From Candidatus Nanohaloarchaea archaeon (GTDB taxonomy: Archaea > Nanohalarchaeota > Nanosalinia > Nanosalinales > Nanosalinaceae), in contig JBEQBQ010000003.1 of NCBI GenBank assembly GCA_041639695.1, positions 12,505 to 65,398 on the forward strand: a stretch of DNA of 52,894 nucleotides, in the 5' to 3' direction. A program made the position numbers and the translations under genes. The notes beneath the pieces are model-generated. The model was given only the letters and a program-made list of their open reading frames with translations, had not been told where the DNA came from and did not search any database. Shown piece after piece: positions 8,553 through 17,908 of the stretch; the first letter of the stretch is position 1; every line of letters starts with the position of its first letter.

Positions 8553-8945
8553 ATGCGAGAAGGACAGGGTAGGGCTTTAAAACACTCTATAGATGAGATA
8601 CTGGACGAAGATTCTAAACAGGCTGATGCAACTATAGAAAGTATTCTGGATGAGGCGCATGACGATATTTATGCGTTTTCGGCAGCTGTAGATCTCGAAA
8701 AAGTTCAGGACTCTAATCTGAGCTCCCCTGTAGGAAAAGTTGGCTCAAATGAGATAGAGCAGGTCTACACCACTTTATATGAAACCGTGAAAGAGACTTT
8801 TGGGGTTGAGGTGGCGAGTATAGACGAAGATTTCTACTTTATGCAGGTAAGAGGTGATCCCGAGGACGTTAAAGAATCATACGAGGATAAAGATGACCCT
8901 TACGCCAACTGGGATCTGATATCGGTTGACGAAATAGATTTCTAA
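8553..8945 (+). CDS. Acidic hypothetical protein
   Basis: ORF track start overlaps tRNA-Cys; ATG at 8553 (MREGQG) gives 130 aa of typical acidic composition. Confidence 0.7.
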   Translation: MREGQGRALKHSIDEILDEDSKQADATIESILDEAHDDIYAFSAAVDLEKVQDSNLSSPVGKVGSNEIEQVYTTLYETVKETFGVEVASIDEDFYFMQVRGDPEDVKESYEDKDDPYANWDLISVDEIDF

Positions 8946-8983
8946 TAACAGCCAATAATAATCTTCGAGGTCTAAAACAATCT

Positions 8984-9763
8984 ATGGCCGACACAAAAGA
9001 CGTAGCCCAGCTAGTGATAAGATCGCAGGAAAAATATTTCTTGGCGCAGAGAACGAAGGACAGCTACTGGGAGTGGATAGGCGGGAAAAGAAAAGAGAAT
9101 GAAGCTATAGAAGAAGCGGCAGTACGCGAGCTAAAAGAAGAAATACGGCTTACGTGGAAAGAAAACGATTACAGTATAGAGAAAGTCGCCGATCCGTATC
9201 CTAGCGAAGATAGTCCGAAATACGATCTTTACCCCGTACTAATAGAACTCGATCCGGAAAAGGCGGACGAGACTTCAGAAGATGTTCTCTCTGAGGAACA
9301 TGATGGTTTCGAATGGATGGATCTAACTGAGTTCTATGAATATGATAGTCTGGGGCAGTTCAAAGCTATCAAGCAGCTTGGACTGGTTGAGGGCGAGGTC
9401 GCGACAGCAGTCCCCAGGAAAAACGGGAAATATGTTGTTCTCAGGCGTTCGGAACAGACTTCTAGCTCAGGTTACTGGAACTTTCCGGGGGGAAGAATAG
9501 AGGAAGGCGAAACGAAAAAAGAAGCTGCGCTTAGAGAGCTAAAAGAGGAGACAGGGCTTGAAGGCCAAGCGGTTAGATCTGGAGATCCGTACTTGAATCG
9601 TGGAGAACTAGGTGTTTGGAGATTACATCCTTTCCTTGTCGAAGCAGAAGGAGAAGTAGAGCTTAATCATGAACACGACAAGGCTAAGCTAGTTAGTCTG
9701 GGCGAACTTGATGACCTGAAAACACTTGGAGAAATGGAATCTATTGAAAGACTAAATCTATGA
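8984..9763 (+). CDS. Tandem two-domain Nudix hydrolase
   Basis: Two Nudix boxes: GGKRKENEAIEEAAVRELKEEIR and GGRIEEGETKKEAALRELKEETG. Confidence 0.9.
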   Translation: MADTKDVAQLVIRSQEKYFLAQRTKDSYWEWIGGKRKENEAIEEAAVRELKEEIRLTWKENDYSIEKVADPYPSEDSPKYDLYPVLIELDPEKADETSEDVLSEEHDGFEWMDLTEFYEYDSLGQFKAIKQLGLVEGEVATAVPRKNGKYVVLRRSEQTSSSGYWNFPGGRIEEGETKKEAALRELKEETGLEGQAVRSGDPYLNRGELGVWRLHPFLVEAEGEVELNHEHDKAKLVSLGELDDLKTLGEMESIERLNL

Positions 9764-10149
9764 ACCACGATGTTGTAGTCGCGGTAACCTATAACCCCGA
9801 GATGGAGAAGTTTCTTCTGGTAAAGAGGGCTGAATCCAGAGATCGTTACCCGGGAGAGTGGGAGTTCTCTTCCGGATTTCTGGAGGACGAAACAGAAAGA
9901 GAAGGCGCTCTACGTGAGCTCGAGGAGGAAACCGGTCTAATAGGAAAGACAATCAAAACTGCGGAACCTTTTACCGTTGAATCTGGGGAATACCACTTCA
10001 CGATCCATCCCGTGCTTGTCATAGTTGAGAGCGATGAAGTTGAGCTGACTCGAGAACATGATAAGTTCGAGTGGGTAAAAAGAGGTCAGATCGATGGTTT
10101 TGAAACGGTACCTCAGCTTGAGAAGGATATGAGGGTCCTGGGCGTATAA
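9760..10149 (+). CDS. Nudix hydrolase
   Basis: SGFLEDETEREGALRELEEETG; ATGA overlap with the upstream gene. Confidence 0.9.
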   Translation: MNHDVVVAVTYNPEMEKFLLVKRAESRDRYPGEWEFSSGFLEDETEREGALRELEEETGLIGKTIKTAEPFTVESGEYHFTIHPVLVIVESDEVELTREHDKFEWVKRGQIDGFETVPQLEKDMRVLGV

Positions 10150-10187
10150 CCAAAACATTTTTATGTATTGACTATTTAGTAACAAAT

Positions 10188-10844
10188 ATGACTAAGAAGT
10201 GTTCCCGGAGAAAGGTTTTAAGCGGAATCGGCGCAGCACTTACTGCCGGAGCAGCAGGATGCACCTCTGACGGAGAACAGAAAACACAACAAACCAAAAA
10301 TGGAGTGAATACTGCAAATTCGGGTTCGAGAACAAGCAGTATCGATCATCCGTATGATGACGAAGCCTCAGAGCTTGAATCGGAACTAAATAGTATAGCT
10401 AACAACTACGGTATGCTTGAAGAACCTGATGTAGAGGTAACAAACAAAGGGGTCGCAAGCGTCAGTAAAAATAAATCGGAATACGTCAAACAGGACAGAT
10501 ACGGAATCAACATATCTATTGACGCCACAGGAGAACTATCCGAATTTAACCACACTCTGGATGAAGCAGGAAGAGAAACAGCCGTTAACTACATCACAAA
10601 TGTGCTGATGGAATTCAACGACGAGCTTGGGGACGAGACAATATCTGGTTACTCTGATCAACCTGTAGAAGGAGAGGTCATAAGCCAGGTCTCCGTCGCT
10701 GTTGAAGGCGAAGAATCCGGAAGAGCTTCGGTAAACTACGGTCACCGTAACCCGGAGACACATATTGATGACATGATCGAGACGGCCGAGCAGGGAGAGA
10801 CCTCACTGAGAAAAGAGGTAGAGGACAGCCTTGCTGTCTTCTAA
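10188..10844 (+). CDS. Putative twin-arginine lipoprotein
   Basis: SRRKVL + hydrophobic stretch + lipobox AAGC, acidic mature part. Confidence 0.75.
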   Translation: MTKKCSRRKVLSGIGAALTAGAAGCTSDGEQKTQQTKNGVNTANSGSRTSSIDHPYDDEASELESELNSIANNYGMLEEPDVEVTNKGVASVSKNKSEYVKQDRYGINISIDATGELSEFNHTLDEAGRETAVNYITNVLMEFNDELGDETISGYSDQPVEGEVISQVSVAVEGEESGRASVNYGHRNPETHIDDMIETAEQGETSLRKEVEDSLAVF

Positions 10845-10853
10845 CATCTTCAT

Positions 10854-11621
10854 TTAATTAAGTACTTTCTCTGGTATGTAGTCCCTAAACTTCTCTTCGA
10901 TATCCTCTGACTTTACATCGAGTCCTTCTCTATCGGCTAACTTGATGTAGGTGGAGGCCTCCACAGAAATAAAGTCTGAGGCTGTTGAAAGTTCGTTGTC
11001 TCTGTCGTGGTATTCGAGCAAATTGTTCAAGCCCTCCAGAAACTCATCGAGGTCACTATCGATAAGGCCCCTAAGTCCGGTGCTCAACGATCTGTAGTAG
11101 TTGGCGTAATCCTTGTTAAGGTCAAAGGCGTCAAGCCTGTCAAGAAAATTCTCTGCCTCGCTTTTTTCGCCTTTAAGATACTCGTTTAATGCCTTTACAT
11201 GCAGATAGAGGTGTTCAAAATCGGTGTGCTCGTTCAGGTACTTCTCGTCCAGCTCATCTCCGTAATCGATAGCTCTCTGAATGTTTTCTTTGTTCCCTGA
11301 GAGGATAGCACTGTAAAGCATGTTCTGAATATCGTATGGTCGATGAGCCCTATGTGAGCCCTCAACTTCATCGCCTAATTGATCGATCTTGTCTATCTTG
11401 GTCATAAATTTTTCTGCTGCGGTAGAGAACCATTCTCCAGCTTCTTTGTTCTGGGTAAGCTTACAGAGACCTATGTTTCGGGAAGTCTTTGCGATCATGC
11501 TGTGAGAAGAAGGTATTTGGGGCTGTACAACTTCTCCGTTTTGAAGTAAGTCTCTGTGCTTGTCGTTGAGATGTTTCTGCCACTCTATCTCCTCTTCCAG
11601 CTTCTCTTCAGATACTATCAT
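10854..11621 (-). CDS. Putative immunity protein, Imm49-like
   Basis: All-helical; C-terminal GLIDSDLDEFLEGLNNLLEYH...YIKLADREGLDV...YIPEKVL fits the Imm49 pattern; ATGA overlap with the upstream toxin gene. Confidence 0.75.
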   Translation of the reverse strand: MIVSEEKLEEEIEWQKHLNDKHRDLLQNGEVVQPQIPSSHSMIAKTSRNIGLCKLTQNKEAGEWFSTAAEKFMTKIDKIDQLGDEVEGSHRAHRPYDIQNMLYSAILSGNKENIQRAIDYGDELDEKYLNEHTDFEHLYLHVKALNEYLKGEKSEAENFLDRLDAFDLNKDYANYYRSLSTGLRGLIDSDLDEFLEGLNNLLEYHDRDNELSTASDFISVEASTYIKLADREGLDVKSEDIEEKFRDYIPEKVLN

Positions 11622-13384
11622 TCTCTCACCTTCCCTGTTTTGATCAAGTTTATTTTGTCCAGTTTGACATCTTCGGAGTTAACTGAACTAACTATAGTTT
11701 TGCCATCTTGAGGTCTGTTCTGTATCTGTGTCAGTTCCTTTCTTAGGTTTCCCTTGGCCCTCGCAGTATCAATCTCATCAGCTAGAGATTTACTAATTCC
11801 TCTTCTGTTGTCCACTATGTTTTCCATATAGTCGTTTGAGAGTTGGTAGACTCCTCCATTCTGTGTGGTTCCAAGGTCTGATTTACCCACGTTTCCCGTG
11901 CTACTGCTGAACTTCACCTCCTCAACCACCAGCTCTCCTGTATCCGAATCCTTGTATATGATATCTATTCCTTTGGAGTGTACGTTTCCATCGTAACCTT
12001 CCCGTATAACGGCTTCCGGTTCCTTCCCGGTTTTCTTTGCAATATCTCTGACTCTTTTTTCGGCGATTGCTTCACCTAACTGGCCGGGTGAAAGATCATC
12101 GACTTTTTTGACGTTTCCAAGATCCTCAACGCTTTTCAGAAAGTCTTCGCTGTCATCGATATATCTGGCTTCGATGAGCACGCCGTGTCGCTTGCCGAGG
12201 ACTTCCACACCATGGCTAAAGTCGTTTACATAACGAAACTCGTCGAGGTTTTCTACCAGCTGCCTTGAGGCCTGGTCGGGAAGCCTCAACAGCCTCTTAG
12301 CCTCATCCGGGTCCAGTTTGTTGAGAACGTCCGCGGCTTTTCCGTCCGTAGATTTTACAAGCTCCTCAAGCCTCTTTATGTTGAACTCTTCGGTCGCTTC
12401 CTTGCTGAACCCTATTATCTTGTCGTCGCTCAGGCCGTTTTTCTTGAGGTAGGTCGCGGAACCGCCGTAGATCTCATCGAGGTTCTTTATCTTGTCGGCT
12501 TTGGACAGTTTGCCGGTCTTGGATGTTATCCTTGAGAGCTCATCTCCATGCTTTGAAGCTTTTGAACCGGCTTTCACACTTGATTTCGCTAGATCTCCGG
12601 CACCTAGGCCTAAACCAATAAATGCCAGTCCGGCGTTTACAGTATCCCTGCGTTCGACGTTAACGATTACGTCTCTTACATCTCCGTAGACAAGTACTCC
12701 GCTTGCTGTCTGGCCAAGGGTATACTCTACCCAGTACTCTTCCTGGGTTTTGCAGACAGTTCTGTCAGTATAATTTCCTAAACATGCATCGCCGTACTCG
12801 GCTCCTGCCACAAAACTATCGATCCTGTTGTAGTTCTCAGTAACCTTTACTGTGTATATCTCAACGTTGTAACCTTGCTGATCGCTGCTTTGGCTGTACG
12901 AAGGTGCTGTATATTTTTCATCCGTATTTTTGTTGTCGGTAAGCGTTGTTCTGACTTTGAATTTTACTGTTCCAGTCTCTTTAGGTACGAAGGCTAAGTT
13001 GTAGAAATGTTTTTCGCCGGACTTCCAGTCGGCTGAAAGCTCATAAAGCTTGTCCTCCGCTTCTATGGTCGAGCCGTTCTTCGCGTAGACCTTTGCACCG
13101 GCGTTTTTGGTGCTGGGTTGCGTGCTGCCAAAACTTAGGCTGTGATGTTCCTCCAGCTGGCTGCTATTAGGTGTGGATATCGAAATTGTTGAGAGTCGGC
13201 CTGCTTTCCCTCCATTGTTCTGAGCTGAGACGTTTATCGAGAACGGAACTCCTTTACCGATCCTATCCGGGATGTTCACCTCCATATCGGGTTCAGGGGG
13301 TGGTTCCTGTGCCTGTGAAAAAACGGTGAGAGCTAGGACGGTTATCAAGGAGGTTAAGACGAAGGCAGTTTTTCGATTATACAT
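11618..13384 (-). CDS. Secreted polymorphic toxin with C-terminal PD-(D/E)xK nuclease domain
   Basis: Sec-type signal peptide, Pro linker, Ig-like domain, pre-toxin segment (GVLVYGDVRD...LAFIGLGLGAGDLAK), tip GQLGE...KGIDIIY...VVEEVK...LGTT...YQLS. Confidence 0.78.
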   Translation of the reverse strand: MYNRKTAFVLTSLITVLALTVFSQAQEPPPEPDMEVNIPDRIGKGVPFSINVSAQNNGGKAGRLSTISISTPNSSQLEEHHSLSFGSTQPSTKNAGAKVYAKNGSTIEAEDKLYELSADWKSGEKHFYNLAFVPKETGTVKFKVRTTLTDNKNTDEKYTAPSYSQSSDQQGYNVEIYTVKVTENYNRIDSFVAGAEYGDACLGNYTDRTVCKTQEEYWVEYTLGQTASGVLVYGDVRDVIVNVERRDTVNAGLAFIGLGLGAGDLAKSSVKAGSKASKHGDELSRITSKTGKLSKADKIKNLDEIYGGSATYLKKNGLSDDKIIGFSKEATEEFNIKRLEELVKSTDGKAADVLNKLDPDEAKRLLRLPDQASRQLVENLDEFRYVNDFSHGVEVLGKRHGVLIEARYIDDSEDFLKSVEDLGNVKKVDDLSPGQLGEAIAEKRVRDIAKKTGKEPEAVIREGYDGNVHSKGIDIIYKDSDTGELVVEEVKFSSSTGNVGKSDLGTTQNGGVYQLSNDYMENIVDNRRGISKSLADEIDTARAKGNLRKELTQIQNRPQDGKTIVSSVNSEDVKLDKINLIKTGKVRE

Positions 13385-13500
13385 GTGCTGTCAAGTTCTT
13401 TGTTCCATAAAAACAGAACTATAAGTTATAGGAACCGTTGTAAGCCCAATCTTACGCCTGAAAAATGCTGATAAAAAGCTAGGTCTAGAAAAATGCCTTT

Positions 13501-13950
13501 ATGTCAAGAGAAAACTTCATGGTCGCAGCCGGAGCGATCGTAACACACAAAGGCAAAGTACTACTTGGAAAGAAAGTCGACTCAGATGATCACCCGATGT
13601 CAGGTCAGTGGCACTTCCCTGGAGGCCACATAGAAGAAGGAGAAGATCCGGAAGAATCCGCAAAACGTGAAGTGAAAGAGGAAACCGGGCTTGAAGGAGA
13701 AATATTTCAGTTAGTTGAAGTCAACTCGTCAAGCCAAGTCGATCAAGGCCCTGACAACTTAGTCAGAGTTCTCTACCACATGGAAGCTGATTCGGATGAG
13801 GCAGAACCCAGGGAAGACCTTCAAGAGATTAAATGGGTTGAACCTTCCGAAGTAGAAGAGGAAGTTGGAGGGATCGACAAAGGATACATGGAAAGTAGCG
13901 AGAGAATCGGGAAGTTTCTTGAAAAACTGGAGAAGATGCCTTCTATCTAG
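13501..13950 (+). CDS. Nudix hydrolase
   Basis: WHFPGGHIEEGEDPEESAKREVKEETG. Confidence 0.9.
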   Translation: MSRENFMVAAGAIVTHKGKVLLGKKVDSDDHPMSGQWHFPGGHIEEGEDPEESAKREVKEETGLEGEIFQLVEVNSSSQVDQGPDNLVRVLYHMEADSDEAEPREDLQEIKWVEPSEVEEEVGGIDKGYMESSERIGKFLEKLEKMPSI

Positions 13951-13986
13951 AAAGGTTTCAAAACTTTTCTCAACTGAACACTTAAC

Positions 13987-15414
13987 ATGGCTCTACGGCT
14001 GTTCAACACCTTGACCCGTGAAAAAGAAAAGTTCGAACCCAAAGAAGAAGGAAAGGTAAGATTCTACAGCTGCGGCCAGACCATTTACGACGATCTACAT
14101 ATCGGAAACGCAAGGCCTTACGCAGTATGGGACACGTTAAGACGTTACCTCGAATGGAAAGGATTTACTGTAAGACACGTCCAGAACATTACCGATGTAG
14201 GACACTTAACGGACGATGGGGATCAGGGCGAGGACAAGGTCGAGAAAAGAGCTAAAGAACTTGGACTGGAACCTATGGAGCTAGTCGAAGATCAGATCGA
14301 ACGGTATTTCGAGGACACTCAAGCAATCAACGTTGAGAGACAGGACATCGTTCCTAGGGCGACAGGCCACATTAACGAGATGATTCACTACATCGAAAAA
14401 ATAATTGAAAACGGTTATGCCTACGAAAGAGAGGGCAACGTCTATTTCGATATTGATGCTTTTGTAGAGGACTATCCTTACGGAGAGATGGCGAAGAAAG
14501 ACCTCGAACAACTGAAAAAAGAAGCAGAATCAAGGGTCGATGAGGACAGCAAGAAAAAGAACCAGTACGACTTCGCCCTTTGGTTAAATGCGGAAGGAAC
14601 CGGCCATCTAATGAAATGGGAAAGCCCTTGGAGCACAGGCTACCCAGGATGGCACCTCGAATGCTCAGTAATGGGACAGAAATACTTGGGCGATGAGTTT
14701 GATATCCACGCTGGTGGAAAGGACCACATATTCCCACACCACCCAAACGAACGTGCACAGTGCTTTGCAGCAACAGGAAAAGGTCAGGCACAGTACTGGC
14801 TTCACAACGAATTCATCCAGTGGGAAGGAGAGAAAATGAGTAAATCCAAAGGAAACTTCGTCACCGTAAGAGAACTCTTAGAAGAAGGATACAGCGGAAA
14901 CGCACTAAGACTGTATCTTGTTTCTTCACACTACAGATCTGAGACCAACTTCTCACGTGAAGGTTTTGAGAAAGCAGAAAAAGAACTGAAGAAACTGAAG
15001 AGAACTCTAAAACGTATAGAGAAAAGCGATCAGGAAGGAGAAAATGTTCTAGAAGAGGAGACGCAGAAATTGAAGAAAAGGTTTGAAGAAGAGATGGATG
15101 ATGATCTCAATACTGCGAACGCCAAACAAGAATTAATGGAGTATATCAACTCGGTTAACGCCGCTCTAGATCAGAACTCCGATGCGAACACTGGAGAAGC
15201 AAAACAGGTTCTAGAACAGCTTTTCGAAATTCTCGGAGTCAAGTTGGAGGAAGGATCGGAGAAATCAGAACTGGTCGAAACCCTACTGGAGTTAAGAGAG
15301 AGTGCAAGAGAAAATGAGGACTATGGGACATCGGACTTCATCCGCGAAAGGCTAGGAGAAGTCGGTTTCGAGATAGAGGACACGGATGAAGGAGCAATCT
15401 GGGTAGAGAGCTAG
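13987..15414 (+). CDS. cysS: Cysteine--tRNA ligase
   Basis: YSCG, HIGN, NITDV, PGWHLECS, DIHAGGKDHIFPHHPNE, KMSKS. Confidence 0.97.
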   Translation: MALRLFNTLTREKEKFEPKEEGKVRFYSCGQTIYDDLHIGNARPYAVWDTLRRYLEWKGFTVRHVQNITDVGHLTDDGDQGEDKVEKRAKELGLEPMELVEDQIERYFEDTQAINVERQDIVPRATGHINEMIHYIEKIIENGYAYEREGNVYFDIDAFVEDYPYGEMAKKDLEQLKKEAESRVDEDSKKKNQYDFALWLNAEGTGHLMKWESPWSTGYPGWHLECSVMGQKYLGDEFDIHAGGKDHIFPHHPNERAQCFAATGKGQAQYWLHNEFIQWEGEKMSKSKGNFVTVRELLEEGYSGNALRLYLVSSHYRSETNFSREGFEKAEKELKKLKRTLKRIEKSDQEGENVLEEETQKLKKRFEEEMDDDLNTANAKQELMEYINSVNAALDQNSDANTGEAKQVLEQLFEILGVKLEEGSEKSELVETLLELRESARENEDYGTSDFIRERLGEVGFEIEDTDEGAIWVES

Positions 15415-15418
15415 AAAA

Positions 15419-16027
15419 ATGGAGATGATTGGAGAAGGACTTCAGTACAGAGTGTACACCGATGAGGAAAACGTTAAGAAAGAGCCTAAGAGCCGATTTG
15501 AGATGGCTATCAAACTTCTCGGCTGGAACAGTTTTCTAGGGTTAAAGCCATGGGAACTCGCCTCAAGGACTAATGAAGTCTACAAAGACCGTGAAAAATC
15601 TCTTGAATGGGTTCAAGGAACAGATTTTCCTCTTGAAAAACTTGGAAACCCCAGCGTTAATGGAAATTCGTTGGAGCAGGAAAGATTGACTCCTCTAGAC
15701 TCCATAGATAACCCTGACCCGCAGAAGGTGGTCGAAGGCTACGTTGAAAATGTTAGGGAGATGTGGCGGCACGGCGCGATGGAGAAAACTTTCAATCTGA
15801 TCCAAAACTATGGTTTCAGCGATGAAATACTTGTTCTTCATGATTTTGGTGAACTGATTTATGAAAAAGACGAGGCAGCAGAACTCCTGGAACAAGAGGC
15901 CTGGAAAAGCTGGGACTACCGGAACCTGATGGATGAAGAGCTTCAAAGCCGGTACGCGAAAGCCCACAGAGAGAGGTTGACCTCTGGAAACCTAGAAAAA
16001 TACTGGGCCGAAGAACTAGAGACATAG
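15419..16027 (+). CDS. Hypothetical protein with protein-kinase-like motifs
   Basis: IGEGLQYRVY glycine loop, VKKEP lysine, HDFGE (DFG-like). Confidence 0.6.
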   Translation: MEMIGEGLQYRVYTDEENVKKEPKSRFEMAIKLLGWNSFLGLKPWELASRTNEVYKDREKSLEWVQGTDFPLEKLGNPSVNGNSLEQERLTPLDSIDNPDPQKVVEGYVENVREMWRHGAMEKTFNLIQNYGFSDEILVLHDFGELIYEKDEAAELLEQEAWKSWDYRNLMDEELQSRYAKAHRERLTSGNLEKYWAEELET

Positions 16028-16039
16028 GGTGAATAGATT

Positions 16040-16601
16040 ATGGAGAAGATTGGAGAAGGCCTTCAGTACAAAGTTTATGCTGAGGAAGACAGGGTTCGGA
16101 AAGAGCCAAAGTCTCGAGAAGAAATGATAGAGATGGCTGCCAACTGGTACGACTCCCGGGCAGAGGCCGAGGAAAACGTAGATATGGCGATTGTTCATCT
16201 TCGGGAATATTCGGATAGACGACGGTACTGTTTATCAGGACAGGCTTGTTCCGGTACACGATAAGCTTGAATCTCTCAGCGATCTAGAAGAGAAGAAACA
16301 GGTTATAGATGATTACGTTGATCTTCTGGAAACTCTCTGGAGCCACGGCATAGGGGACACGGTCTACAACTTCACTCTCAACAACGGATACGATGATCAA
16401 GGACGTATGGTACAGCTTGATTTCGGAGAGATCGTTTTTGACAAAAAGAAGGTCTTGGAAGCTATAGAAGAAAACCGCTGGGAAAGTAAGAGAAGCTTAA
16501 ATAAGGATATTTCCGGAGCACTCAGGAAGTATGCCCTCGATAAGATGGAGGAAGAATTTACTGAGGAAAAAGTGGAAAAGTTGTGGAGAGAAAACTGTTA
16601 G
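16040..16601 (+). pseudogene. Frameshifted tandem paralogue of the 15419 kinase-like gene
   Basis: 5' frame MEKIGEGLQYKVY... and 3' frame FGNIRIDDGTVYQDRL...QLDFGE each align to the neighbour; frame change near 16190-16200. Confidence 0.75.
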
Positions 16602-16744
16602 TCTTTCCGTTTCTCCTCTAGCTCTTTCTTCTTCTGCTGTTTCCTGTCAGGCTGTTCCTGGAAGATTTCTTCCGCCCGGTCATCGTCGATGCCGAGCATT
16701 TCTTTGGCTTTCTGCTTCTGTTTTTCGGCCTTGTCCTTGCTCAT
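16598..16744 (-). CDS. Small charged hypothetical protein (48 aa)
   Basis: MSKDKAEKQKQKAKEMLGIDDDRAEEIF...; TATA-like TTTAAAA upstream. Confidence 0.55.
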   Translation of the reverse strand: MSKDKAEKQKQKAKEMLGIDDDRAEEIFQEQPDRKQQKKKELEEKRKD

Positions 16745-16787
16745 AGTTCTGTATAACTTGTTCTTCTCGGGTTTTAAACAGGTTTTC

Positions 16788-17882
16788 CTATACAAGCTCC
16801 GTGAAGTTTTCCTTGAACTCCTCCAGATACTCGGGTTTCATCGAGGCCCCAGCAGCTTTTTTGTGCCCGCCTGCTTCTGCACCTTTTTCATGAGATCCTT
16901 CAGGTAAAGCCTTCTGCATCAGATCTCCTAGGTCTACTCTTCCTGACTGGCAGCGTGCGGAAACGTTTATCTCGTTTTCATCCCTCTGGATAACTAGGTG
17001 AATCCATTCTGGGGTCTTGGTTGACATGTTTGTGGCGATCGAGCTAGTTATGTGAAAATCGCTTTCAAGCTCGAAGAAGATTATCATCTTCTGTCTATCG
17101 ATCTCTCTTTCCTCCTCGTAATCCTCAACTGCATCGTTGAATTCATCCTGCATCTCCAAGTAGACCTCGTAGACCTTTCGATATTCTTCCTGGGCCTCAA
17201 GTTCCAGAAGGTTCTTTGAGTTCATTAGGGCCTCGTAAGCAAGCTTTGCGTAATGCTTAGAGTCTCTGTAAGGCTTGATGTTCAGAACGGAGGAGTAACG
17301 CCCGTACTCACAGTTTTTCGCAAGCTCTTCCTGTGTAAGATTTTTAGGTAGATATTGCTCATGGTCCTCGTAAAGTTTTTCAAACAGTTCCGGACATGAG
17401 TCGACACCGAAGTCCTGTATGACCCCAAGACCTGCTATCCATCTAAGTTCGTCCTCAAGCCCGTACTCGGATGCTATGTCAAGACAGATTTTTGAGCAGG
17501 GGACGTATACATCCTCGTTCTCATCTCTCGGATTCACGAATGAGACTTCAGGCTTTCTGTCGAACGAGTGGTGGTCGACAACCAGGACGTCAAGCTGTTT
17601 GTTTAACTCTTCTAGTTCATCGGCCTCAAGATTGAAATCAAGGACAATAAGCTTGTCCGCGTCCTCGATAAGCTTGTGATCCTCTTCTGTCAAATGGTAT
17701 GATCGTTGTGCGGGAATAGTTACTTCTTCTGCGGGTTTCCCCCTCAGATCCTCAAGTATCTTTGAAATAATGGCTGATGAGGAGATCCCGTCCATATCCC
17801 AGTGGTGAACGATCACAACCCTGTCATTTTGTTTGACGTTTTCAAGATATTCTCTGGCCGGTTCTAACTTTTCGGTCTTCAT
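16788..17882 (-). CDS. DHH/DHHA1 phosphoesterase (RecJ/GAN-like)
   Basis: HWDMDG, VLD, VVDHH, VSAR, GGHKKAAG. Confidence 0.88.
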   Translation of the reverse strand: MKTEKLEPAREYLENVKQNDRVVIVHHWDMDGISSSAIISKILEDLRGKPAEEVTIPAQRSYHLTEEDHKLIEDADKLIVLDFNLEADELEELNKQLDVLVVDHHSFDRKPEVSFVNPRDENEDVYVPCSKICLDIASEYGLEDELRWIAGLGVIQDFGVDSCPELFEKLYEDHEQYLPKNLTQEELAKNCEYGRYSSVLNIKPYRDSKHYAKLAYEALMNSKNLLELEAQEEYRKVYEVYLEMQDEFNDAVEDYEEEREIDRQKMIIFFELESDFHITSSIATNMSTKTPEWIHLVIQRDENEINVSARCQSGRVDLGDLMQKALPEGSHEKGAEAGGHKKAAGASMKPEYLEEFKENFTELV

Positions 17883-17908
17883 ACTTCTCTAACCTCCTAA
17901 GAAGCTTT

